A DNA stretch of 64,000 bases from Mytilus trossulus (Eukaryota). Location of the stretch: contig NC_086374.1 in assembly GCF_036588685.1 (NCBI RefSeq), forward strand, positions 25,668,001 through 25,732,000, in the 5' to 3' direction. Below are positions 26,611-38,900 of the stretch, in pieces (the stretch's first letter is position 1; every line of letters begins with the position of its first letter). Position numbers and translations under genes: made by a program. The notes beneath the pieces are model-generated. The model was not told the DNA's origin and made no database searches. It was given only the letters and a program-made list of their open reading frames with translations.

Positions 26611-27976
26611 TAATGTGCCCATTAAGATTGTTCTGCTTGGATGTTATAAATTTTAATTTTGAATAGCTACGTATGGCGTCTTTACCAAAGATACTGAATC
26701 TATTATCTCGAAAGAAACATCACATGCAATAAATCAAAATTGACGCGATATGTTCAACAAAATGATACTCATAATATTAAAAGTAAAATTATGCTATTAC
26801 AAGAAAGCCCCTTTTCGTCAATACAACAATTCGCTAGAGACCAAATGACATGAACGTTCACTACTATATGTTACCGTACGGCCTTTAAAAATTATCAAAA
26901 CCCAAACCCCATAGTCTGCTATAAAAGACCCTGAAATGGCAGTTCTAACAAGAAAATTGACGGCTTGATATAAGTACAAAACGATGATCAAACTAGATAT
27001 ACAGCAACAAATGGCAACCACTGAATTACAGGCTCCTAATTTGGGACCAGCACATAAAAAATGTGGCAATGTCAACATTTAGTCATCCCATTAACTTGGA
27101 ACAGATGTGTAACAAAACAACATTAGACACACTATAAAACTCAGTTGAAAAAGGCTAAACTCATTAGATATATTTACACATAGATATACATCTAACAAAA
27201 GCACGGAAATGACGTGGTAGGGTACTTGTACATCAGTATACAGATTTGAGAGTACTCGCAGTTATTGACAGCTAGTTCAAAGCCACTAAAAGCTAATAAA
27301 TCATTCATCTTAGACTAAATTATCAATCAGTACACATCCAACATAAAATAAATGCAGAGAAAAAAAATGACCTTATGCAATGCCAAGATACAGGTATCGA
27401 AAAAAAGTAAAAAAACAAAAATACTGAACTCCGAGGAAATTTCAAAATAGAAAAGTCCTTTACCAAATGGCTAAATCAAAAGCTCAAACACATCAAACGA
27501 ATAGATAACAACTGTCATATGTTCTTTTTTAGAGAATGATGAATTGAATCTGGTTTTACAGCTAGCTAAATCTCTCACTTGTATGCCATTTGCATCAAAT
27601 TCCATTATATTGACAACGACGCGTGAACAAAATAAACAGACAAAATAGGTAAAAATGTATTATAAGCTTAATCACTATAAAAACAAACAATATGTAACGA
27701 AGAAGCACAAAAGGCATCTAATCAAATTAAACAACCTTATTTATTGCTTTTTTTGATTATCCAATTTTATTTAACTATGTTAAAAATACTCATAAAGGAT
27801 TGAACGATTTCAGTACTTGGACCCAATCCTTACCCTGACAGTCACATAGTTATGTGAACATTAATTCTGACGTAGAATCGCACTTTTGGCGTACATCAGT
27901 TCATCTGCATGTAAATTTCACACAGGTACATAGAAAATAGTTTTTTCGTTCAAAGTATGAACAGAATATAGTCTAT

Positions 27977-28500
27977 AAAATTGAGAAAGGAAATGGTGAA
28001 TATGTCAAAGCGACAACCACCCAACCATAGAGCAAACAACAGCCGAAGGCAACCAATGGGTCTTCAATGTAGCGAGAATTCCCGCACCCGTAGGTGTCCT
28101 TCAGCTGGCCCCTAAAAATATGCATAATAGTACAGTGATAATGGACGTCATACTAAACTCCGAATTATACACAAGAAACTAAAATTTAAAATCATACAAG
28201 ACTAACAAAGGCCAGAGGCTCCTGACTTGGGACAGGCGCAAAATTGCGGCGGGGTTAAACATGTTTATGAGATCTCAACCCTCCCCCTATACCTCTAGCC
28301 AATGTAGAAAAGTAAAAGAATAACTATACGCACATTAAAATTTAGTTCAAGAGAAGTCCGAGTCCGATGTCAAAAGATGTAACAAAAGAAAATAAATAAA
28401 ATGACAATAATACATAAATAACAACAGACTACTAGCAGTTAACTGACATGCCAGTTCCAGACCTCAATTAAACTGATTGAAAGATTATGTCTTCATCATA
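27977..28500 (+). repeat. Interspersed repeat family R1 (SINE/MITE-like)
   Basis: Near-identical blocks (gtcaaagcgacaac..ggccagaggctcctgacttgggacaggcgcaaaa..caaccctccccctatacctct) also occur at ~4610-4940 and ~54186-54450, with fragments at ~22307-22370 and ~33205-33245 (inverted). Boundaries approximate. Confidence 0.8.
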
Positions 28501-28925
28501 TAGTTCTTTTATGCATATCCTCTGCAGAATATAAATTAGAAGTTTCCCTTGTTCTACTTGATTCATGCTTACAATGCTTATCGTGAATTTTTAGTAGAAT
28601 AAAAGCCACGTAATTGTGTCAGTTAAACACAAAAAGGCATATAGACAAAGCACATTAGCAAAAATGAAAGACAAGCATACAAAAATAATCATAAAACAAT
28701 AACACAATTTTGAGGAAGGAATTTTGATTTGATGGAACATGTCACAGCCATAATTGTTAAACCAAAAACATATTAACTTTTTTTTCGCCATGAGGATCTG
28801 AATTTTTAGATAGATTTGAAAGATATTTAGCATAATAAAAATGATCAAAGATTGTTGATAACATTACTGTATAAATGTAATGAATAATATTCAATGCTTT
28901 ACAGGATAAATTGATAAAAACCTAC

Positions 28926-31493
28926 CATCTTCTTCGCCAACTGGACAGGCCTGGAAGAAACACAGTTTTGGTTTGCCTTTCAGATCTTTGCACGCTTCCT
29001 GTTTGAACAACTTTAATTGTTGACTTATCAAAACGTGTTGCCCGTCACTGCCGTATAGTTTCCCTATATTTCCATGGCTGGACAAAATAAGTAGAAAACA
29101 GTCAAAGGCTTTATGGTCAGTACGTGCTATGGTCTTTATTTCATGTTCCATTTCCCATTTTTTCAGGTTATCTTTCCTAACTACACGGAATCCTAGTCCC
29201 GTTAAAACTGTTTCCAGGTTTTCTGAGAAGATTTTTTATGAATAATAATTAAAAACTTTAGTTTGCTAGAAATCAAATTAAAAATGATTATGTATCAAAT
29301 ATTAAAAAAAAAATATACTAATCGAGAAATGTTATATACCGAAAAATGTCAACTTGGTTCTGAGAAATGTCGAGTAACTTATAATAAATTTTCTGTTTCT
29401 CATGTTTACTGAGAAATGTGACCTTAGAACTGAGAATTGCAACTTTCAACTATGTTTAAATGTTTAGAACTGAGAAACGTCAACTACTAATAGAAATGGC
29501 ATGTACTGAAAACATGTCAAACTTGGAACTGATAGAAGTCCCGGGAAATTGCAACTTGAAGATGATATTCAAACTTGGAACTGCAAAATATTTTCCCAAC
29601 AAAATGTCACTGCTGGTTGTTTCGTAATTGATAAAAATACAAATGTGTATTATCATTATATTTTCCCTCCCTTTAGCAGCAAAATACAAGCCTCGCCCGC
29701 GCATAGAGCATACATGTCTCAACTCGATATTAAAGAGCTTACAGAGACTCTACAGATACTATTCATCCTTGGAAAACGTCATCGGTGTCGGTGTCTCTAT
29801 ACAAGTTCATCAAAGAGTATCTTTTTGAATTGTTTATTTTTTAGTTTGTGAGTTATTCGACAAAAATTACATATTTATAACCTCTAGAAAAATATGTTTA
29901 ATCCTATAATGTTTTTAATGTTAGTACCAATTAAAACAATATCTAATTTTTTACTGCTGTGCTATATTGGTAACATTACTAATAGGTTTTCAAAGAATAA
30001 ATTAGTTAACATTGAGCTGTTTAACTAAATATCAAACTTTACCTGCATCAGTGTCTGCTCCAGGTCTTTTTGGTAATTCTCTACTTAAAGGGTCTCCAGG
30101 AATCTGGTAAAATGTTCCATTACTAATGATTAGTGCATAACCTGTTCAAAATAGGTAGACATATACTTACATATAAAATTTCGGTATATGCGATTGTTGG
30201 TTATTTACTTTACATTTTTGTTTATCTTTTTATAATTATTTTTGCATATTGCCACAAAGGCAAAAGTCTATCCATTTTTTTTGCAAAAAATACCACTCAA
30301 GCCTTAGCTACGACCGTTTTAAACTTGCGGTGAGGTGAAAGTGATTAAGCTCCATGTTGAAGGCCTCACTGTGATTCGATATAAAGAACAGCTATAAAAG
30401 CGCTGTTCATTTGGTTTTTGTTTGTTTTTGTTGTTGTGGTTTTGGTTGTGCATGTATTGGTTTTGTGTCATTTTGTATTTAATAAAGAAAAATAAACACC
30501 TCTTGGTTTAGCATCCATTTTGTATTTAAATCCTTCACTATAATCCTGGAACTGCCTTACTGTCATGTCCACTTCTAATCTAGTGGAATGGCCCTTCTCT
30601 AATGGCTGCAACTTCCGGAAAAGCTCTGTTAGAAAACCTGATGTGTTTACGAACCTATCGTCTGTTTTTAACTTTTTGTACTGATCCAAAACCAGTTGAG
30701 CGTCTTCCAGAGGCAATTCGGTAGTTCCTAACTTGAGTTCAATACTTTCCGTTTTCCCCGATTTACCTTTGGTTATCTTCTGTGGTGTCTCATCTGCAAT
30801 GTTCATTTTAAAAAATCATACCTGACTAACACCTAGAAAAAGTTTACAATAAGGATCAATTGAGAACAAAATGCGATTAAAGAGTTGATTTCAGCTTACT
30901 AATTGTGAACTTTCCATTTATACGAAGCCATATTCCTATAACGCCTACATATAAGTTAAATATTTCTCAGTTTATACAACATTCAAGAGCCAACGTTTCC
31001 TGTAATTATTTCCCTAATAGATAATTGCTGCATACAAGGAAGCCATTGATCCATTGGTTCCAAGAGATCAGGTTAAAGTAATCCCTTCGATAATTTTACG
31101 GACGCCATTACGAGTTGGATAACTGTTACTGAATATCTGTTTCACAGATGACAATGTATTTATATGTCCCAAATACCGTTAACACAGTCCAATCATATTT
31201 CCCTCAAATGTGAACGAGAATTATGGCCAATTTGTACTGGCATGAGTAACATGAAGTGTAAAAATTTGTACAGGTACAACATCAGCATAATACATTTGTA
31301 TTTTCCTATCTGAAAAGTTGGAACCTATTCTGTTGTCCTCAAGCAAAATCATTGTTTTCCTGCCATGCCAAAAATTACAATAATTACCTTCCTGAGGACC
31401 ACCATTTAAACCTTGAACAATATATTTCTTGTCTTTTTTAAGCTTTTCGTCCTCTTTTACCTGACCTTTAGTTGTCTTGTTTAAAGCGGCCAT
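28926..31493 (-). CDS. Caspase-like gene C: prodomain + p20 (SHG / QACPV); own p10 exons not found
   Basis: Exons (minus): 31502-31388 (ATG at 31493), 30793-30500 (..VRQFQDYSEGFKYKMDAKPRG), 30141-30043 (GYALIISNGTF..LPKRPGADTDA) and 29222-28926 (FDCFLLILSSHG..YGSDG..LKGKPKLCFFQACPV). Exon sizes and phases mirror gene B. There is a probable 5'-UTR exon ending at 32015 (gtaag donor). Confidence 0.8.
29320..29590. repeat. Degenerate ~20-bp tandem repeats in a gene C intron
   Basis: Repeated aactgagaaatgtcaacttgg-like units. Confidence 0.55.
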
Positions 31494-32918
31494 GCTGCTA
31501 TCCTTTAAAATAGAGAAAAAGTATTGTGTCTTGATTAATTATAATACATGTACAATGATATCATATCATAGAACTACAAAAAAATGTGATTTGTAACTGC
31601 GATGCATAATTATTGAAATAGAATTAGATGGTTTAATACATAGACAACAGCTGATGTATAGGCCTGTTCCTGCAGGCATCTGGGAAGAATCTCATTATGG
31701 TCTCTGAAGGGTAATGTCTAGTTAAAGTCAATGGTTTTCTCACATGTGATTGTATGTTTACTACTGCTTCTTCGTGTGTTGCTTTCTAGTTACCGAGTTT
31801 CAACCTTGATCATAGATTCTGCTATACTAGTGTTTGCAGGATGTTCGTTCTTGTCCATGTTTTTAGGATGAATTTAAAGTTTGCAATTTCAGCAGCTCGT
31901 CTACATGTCATCGAAAGGCCATCAACTATTAGCAAAACTCAATGCTATAAAAACCCTATTACGCACTCAGAAAACCCACACATACACCAATAATGTTTTT
32001 ATATGAATACTTACCTTTTTCTTGAATCGTAAACATTTGTGTCATTCTTGTACAACCATAATAATCATACACACATAACAATTGTAAGCATATGTATACA
32101 ATGTAAATGTACAGTTGTGATCAATGGTCCGATCGACGAGATCCCATTATTAGTTTCAATTAAAAAACTATATTAAAACTAATTCTGGTTTCATTGGAAT
32201 ATTTGAATATTTTCTATGTGTTTTTTCTTGTTTTCTAATTGATGGTCAGCTCTCTTGTTTAAGTTTACCCATCATCCCTTCAAATAGGAGATATAATTAT
32301 TAAATAATGTAACATACAATCATTTACAATGTCTATAAAAAAAAATTAGCACTGTTAAAAGTCAATACTGACATGACTGATTCAACACAGAAAAGACAAT
32401 TGATAACACCAGTTTTACCAACCCGTACTTTAAACTAAATGGCATGTTTTAATATCAAAATTAAATAGAAAAGTAAAGTACTGCAAATGATCCCCCGTTT
32501 TGACTCGAAACATAGTACTACTATAACATTAAATTACAGGTCATTTAATATATCTATATATACATTCGGAAAGTGATCTCTAATTAACTGTACAAAAGAA
32601 AACTTTAATATTCGACACTTTTGATACAAGTCTTACAAATTAATTGTTCCATTGTTGAACACTCTATTGACGACAGATAGTATTACAATACCAATTTTTA
32701 ACAGATTAAGATAACAGGAAACTTTAAAACAAGTAAGTAATTGTAAACTTTCTTCGTGTTTTTTTGTCTTCGATAAACATTTTTTACATAATTCTATTCT
32801 AAATCATAAACTTATTGTCGAGAAATAATTTGGTACCCCTAATAACTGTTATATTTAACTTATTTCTAAAGTAATGCCTTATTTCTATTTTCAGTATGTA
32901 AAACATATTAAAACAGGG

Positions 32919-35900
32919 ATGTCATCAATAGGGGATAAATGGAAGGAAATGGTAAGGCATATTACTTCAAAAATCTTTTACAATAAAAGCATTGTGCAAA
33001 ACGTGTGCTGACCAAAGTTTACACCTCGTAATAGTCCCATCATTTGTACTAAAATCGTTTTTGTTTAAATTCTATATTTATATATATACTTTTTAATGAA
33101 ACTTTTATCATTCGTCATGCAGGGTTCTCTAGAGAGGTGTTTCGAAAGAGGACGGATAATGTCCTTCATACAGTCATAAATGTTGACTCTTAAATGTCAT
33201 AGTAGTCGTCTCTTTGACACATTCCCCATTTCCATTCTCAATTTTATTTCATGTTTTGACCCCAGAACAAAATAAACAAATCAATTCGATAAATAGTAAA
33301 TCATTTTTCTTCAACAGAATTATTTAAAAAAAACAAACAAAAAAAAAACCGCCCGACACAATAAAACTTTTGTTCGTGTCATGGAGAGCGGGCAATTTAA
33401 AAAAAGTTTTATATCATGACTCGTTGACGAGATTATTTTCAATTTCTTAATTTAGAAACCTCTTACAGTAGATGTCAAACGCAGAAGGCGTTTCTGACAC
33501 AATATTTGGTACAGCTTACTAGCTACTAACTAGTATCCGTCTTCATTATGTTAAGCTTAATGTATCAATTTTCTATCTATATACTGATGTGTCAATTTTT
33601 ACTGTTGAGGCAATTGTAACTTGTTATATCAATGTGTTGTAGAGCATTTTGGATAACCCAGTGCCACATTACAGAAATGTTCACGTGGTGAAAAAGAAAC
33701 CTCTTAGAAATATTGGACCAGGTAGGATCAATTACATTCCTGGTACTTCCCTCACCAGTAACTTGTTGAATACATTTTATTTGACGCAAAGAATTTTACT
33801 TAGTAGGAAAAGAAAATACTTGTTTCCATGCACACACTTTTCCATCCATAAACTTTATTTATCCCTTCCATACATTTTGAAATAATAGATCAGCAAATAA
33901 GTTTTATAAAGATATAAAAGAATAACTGCGCTGTAGAAACAAAACAAACCTCCTCAATGGTATTTGACAGATCGTTTTCATTCGATAAGATATGTGAGGT
34001 TGTTTTACAGCATATTATTCGAGATATTAATACATCATTATTTGTAGGTTTCAAGTCTGCACCAGCGTATGGAAAGAAATGGGTTAATCACAAGAAAATA
34101 TCAGACAACGAATCTTTAGGTAAATATAAACAGTTTGACAAAACCAGATTTTTTAAAATAGCTTTCAGTAACTGCAAGATTGTTTAGATCGACACTTTGC
34201 GTCTTTTCTGTATAAAAGTTGGTGTTTTTTTTGTGTGTTTTTTTTGGTACTTCGTACGGATCTGATGAGGCTAGACTTATAGAGAATCGAAACTTGAATT
34301 AAGTTTCATCAACCTCTTTATTTTTTATAGCTGTATGTTGATAGGCTCCAAAAATGTTGTAGTTCAGTGTTTCATTGACGTGCACACAAGTACTATTTTA
34401 TTCAAGCAATTATAGTTCAGAAATAATTCGCTATTCTTATCTTGTTCATTTATATGTAACTCCATGATGTATTACAGTACCTGATCTATTTCAGTATCAT
34501 CTGCCTCTGGGTTTCTGTCCTATCGATCGTGGACCAAAACAAGCCATGCTTCATCTTTGACAGGGAAATTACGTAAGTTGTTTCAGATGGCAAATAAGAG
34601 CTGCTGAATATTTAAAGACCAATGATAACAAATATCCGTTACCACAAACTTGTATGTGCACTATTGAAACATTGCTTTAAAAATACATAGTTCTGGTATG
34701 TTATTTTAATGTGTTAAACAGTATACAAAAGGACGATACAAGAACATTAAACTTCACTTTATTGCGAGATATTTATTTTTAAATTACATTTATACAAGTT
34801 CGGGATCTGTTTTAATAGACTGTCTGTAGACTTGAAAAAGCCTTACAACATCATATTTGCTTCTGTACGATTAACATCCAATCCTTTAAACGCTTTACTC
34901 GATCAAATTGTTGTGGTTCTTTCAGAAATCATTACTGTATGGGCATAAGTAAGATTATTATGAATGTTGATGACAGGCAGCTATGACCCTTTTCTCCTTT
35001 ATGTTTTTTTTAGGAATATTTAACCCAGAGAACGTAGTTGTCCGACTTATCTCTCCTACCTCAATAAGGGTGTCATGGCGGCCTCCAGAAAATTATGGAA
35101 GTGAAATCACGCGATATATCATCGATGTTATGACAGAGGATGGGGACAAAATAGGGCAGCATATAATCGAAGTCGACAACCCAGTGAAAAACCATTACAC
35201 ATACGAAATAGAAAATCTGCCTTCTGAGGCGAAATTGAATGTTAACATAAAAGCCAAAAGAAAGGGATATTACAGTGATTCTGTACAGAGAGAAATATCA
35301 ACGTATGAAGAAAGTAGGTTTAAATAAAGTCAACTTATAATTCTTACCATATAAATATTTAAAAAAAAAATCTTCTCAGGCAATTTATGCTTAAATTACA
35401 ACGTTCAATACACAAAATAAGTAATTATCAAGAATATTTTCGAGAACGTGACAATAGTCAAAACAATTAATGGGTGGTATATTTTTTCCTCAAATGATTT
35501 ATTTCAGATATAGCCGACCGGAATCATATGAGAAGAAAAATAGAGACATCAGATGGCGAGCGCGGAATTGTATCACCTATGCCATATCATATGGGAGACA
35601 AAACTAGAGGTACATAATTACTATGATTTTTTTTTCAAATCTAAATTGTTCTTTCTGTGTCTGTAGATCTAAAGTACGAATTATTGTAATTTGTGCATCA
35701 ATGTAGCAATTTTACTGTAACGGAAACCATATATAGTGAAGTATTTCAAACCGTGCTAGGTTACCGTAATTCAGTAATGAGGTTCAAAATCAGACACGAA
35801 ATCATTTTCCTCATTACGGATCTAAGTTTTAACAAGTATCACAAAATATACAGAATCTGTTATCATGTAAAAAGAATTGTGATTAATAAACAATTCAAGA

Positions 35901-38900
35901 AATTTTAAAATGTTTTTGGAATTTGTTATTGTGAAATTGATTCGTTTAAACAACTTGTCAAATAGTACATAAGTACATTGAAACAGTTATTACAATCACA
36001 TGGTTACCTTTTATGTAATCTAAAATAATATCCGTAATAATGAATTTATGTTTAGAAGATCAAATGCCTAGTCAGTAATTTTTTTTATCAAAGATACAAG
36101 ACTGAAAATCTAGTACGCAAGGCGCGCGTTTCGTCTACAATAGACTCGCCCAACTAATAAAAAGTTGAAAGGCCAAATAAATAACGAAGTTGAAGGGCAT
36201 TGAAGATACAAGATTTCGCCAAAAACAGCTATGGTAATCTTTTTCTGGGAGATAAAATCCTAATATTTCAAAGAATTAAGATTTTCAAAGACCTGTATCT
36301 TTTTTATTCAGTGTGTTATATTTGCAGGTTTTGCTTTAATCATTGTAAACCTTAATAACCCGGCAGGTGAAGAAGATGCAGGTATGTTCTGATTAGTTGT
36401 CTTCAAGACCAGTAAAACATATTTTTATTTGACTAGACATCGACACGGGTATCCTTAACAAATATCACCACATACTATCTTAGAAGTCTGTATGGTGTTT
36501 ATGAAATAAAAATGGAGATATAAGGTTTATGTGTATAAGACAAAGATTGAAAGAAAAACTAGAAAAAAGAAAACAACACTTTATACAATGCATTTGGCCG
36601 AAGAGATTTTCTGGAATAAACTTTACTCAGAACCCTCAAAGCTAAATATTTGAAAGACAAGAACTGGGTATCGACCCACTGCTTTAAAAAAGACAAAAGA
36701 AAACCCATCAATTTATAACTTTCTGCATCTGAAGCGCTCTTATTTTATACTTCTCCAATGCTCAAAGCCGAATGTTTAATAGCCAAAGATAAATGTTTAT
36801 ACAAGAACCGAAACAGTTGAAGAGCTTTAGGACATAAACGAGTTGAAGCCTTAGTTCTTTAATATTTTTTTAATATATCAACAGCCAATATAATAAAGCT
36901 TTGTTTAATTCTCGTCAGTATGAAAGTAGTGATTACTGAGCTGGTGACATCCCCCGAATCGACCCAGTGTTGTAAAAGATTCAAACAGCACTTTTCAGAA
37001 TTTACCACAAACTTTAAAAAAGAAGATGTGGTACGATTGCCAATGAGACAACTGTCCACAAGAGACCAAAATGACACAGACATTAACAACTATAGATCAC
37101 CGTACTGCCTTCAACAATGAGCAATGCCCATACCGCAGGTTACAGTTAAAGCGCGTATGGAGTACTAAAGAGTAAAGGAAGAACTTATGCTTCATCTTTG
37201 AAATGGTAATGAACATAAAACAATTTATTTGTTATTTGTATTTGTTTTTACCATAAGTTAGTGTCGTAAGAGTGTATTTCGAGGATATAAATACCTATAT
37301 GTCACCGCTCGGACTTCAACATTCAGCAAATTATATACCGCATATTATGATACTGTGCACGCAGACCGTGTTATTTTTATTCACAAATAAAAAATGATAT
37401 TGCTTGGTTGTAGAGACAGTGTTTCCTTGCGTTCAATTACGTAAAAAATACTATTTTATCATATAATTTGACAAATATTTTCTATCGAGACGGAAAAATA
37501 TCCCCATGTTGCAAAATGCTTTCCCATAGTGAACATGAGTGTGATATACACAGTAATACACTATGAATATTCTCTGGAACTATATATACACATGTTTATT
37601 TTGTTTTGTCAACCTCGAGCTAATTGATTCTTCTCAGTTTGAATCATCAATGTAAAAATGAGGTAATTCAAAAGTAATGTATAAAATATGTAATAGTACT
37701 GTAACATTTTATAATCCTTTATTCTAGATTACATGAAAAGTCTTTTCAAGGATCATCTGAATTTCAAAGTTGCTACTCACCTGAATTTAGAAGCATCAAA
37801 AATGAAATCAGCCGTTCAACACTATGCTGAACAAGAGTCCTACCATGATATATTTGTCTGTGTGTTTGCTTGTTCAGGAAATCTGGGAGTGTTGTATGGC
37901 TCTGATGGAAAACGAAGTGTACCAATAGAGGATTTGCTACGACCCCTCAGTGAAAGTAGAGGGTTACAAGATAAACCTAAAATTGTCTTAATAGATGCTT
38001 GTCAAGGAGTGGAAGAACATTGTAAGTAACCTATGTATCTAACAAAGTTTGAATTAAATGTATTTCATCTTACAAATATCATGACCAAAACATTAATGAT
38101 TTCTGAATTGATTTGACATATGTTCTATTTTAAGTCGAAATCCATGCAACACCATTAGCTCCACATTCAATCAAAATATCTTGGTCTCAGCACAAAGTTG
38201 GTGAGGGAGATGAAGTAAGATACATGGTTTACTATAGAGTATCCGGAGGAGGAGAACGGTTCGAAGAAATCACAGAACACAATTCTCTGATACTTAGAGA
38301 CCTTCAAGACAATACGGCATATAGAATTATTGTTGTTCCACTATGGAAGTTTCGATCTCTTTCGGGAAAATGGAAAGAGGTCAAAGGTACACCATCTCAA
38401 GAAATTGAATGCTCTACATTTGAAAAAGGTATTCAATTCCATTATTAAGTATCAAACTTTCGCAATGTGTTTTTTAAGAACATGTACCATAAAATGCTGA
38501 TTACTTTAAATGGACACTAAAACTGTATTCTTCCCTTTAATGTACATGTATCTTGTAATCAAATAATAATAAGTATGATACTAGTTACTTACTTTGATAC
38601 GTAAGTACCTAATTTACATTTGATAAGTCAAAATTGCATCTTGTGATCTTTACAAATTTAAGCAAATAAAGAACAATGAGACAAAACACCATCAAAAACC
38701 AAATGACATAGAAGTACTCGTCGTTAGATCACCGTTCGACTTCAGCAATGATAAAAACCCATACTGCTGATCAAGCTTAAACAATGCCACAACATGACAA
38801 ATGTAAAACAATTCAAACGAGAAAACAGATGGCCTGAGTAATGTTCTAACCTTTAATAATTACATTAGATGTAAGTTTCATTATAATACGGTATTCTGAT

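Noticed and set aside
32015-32059. Coding first exon for gene C
   Set aside because: The frame that joins the next exon contains a TGA, and the ATGs present give only a short out-of-frame uORF; treated as 5' UTR.
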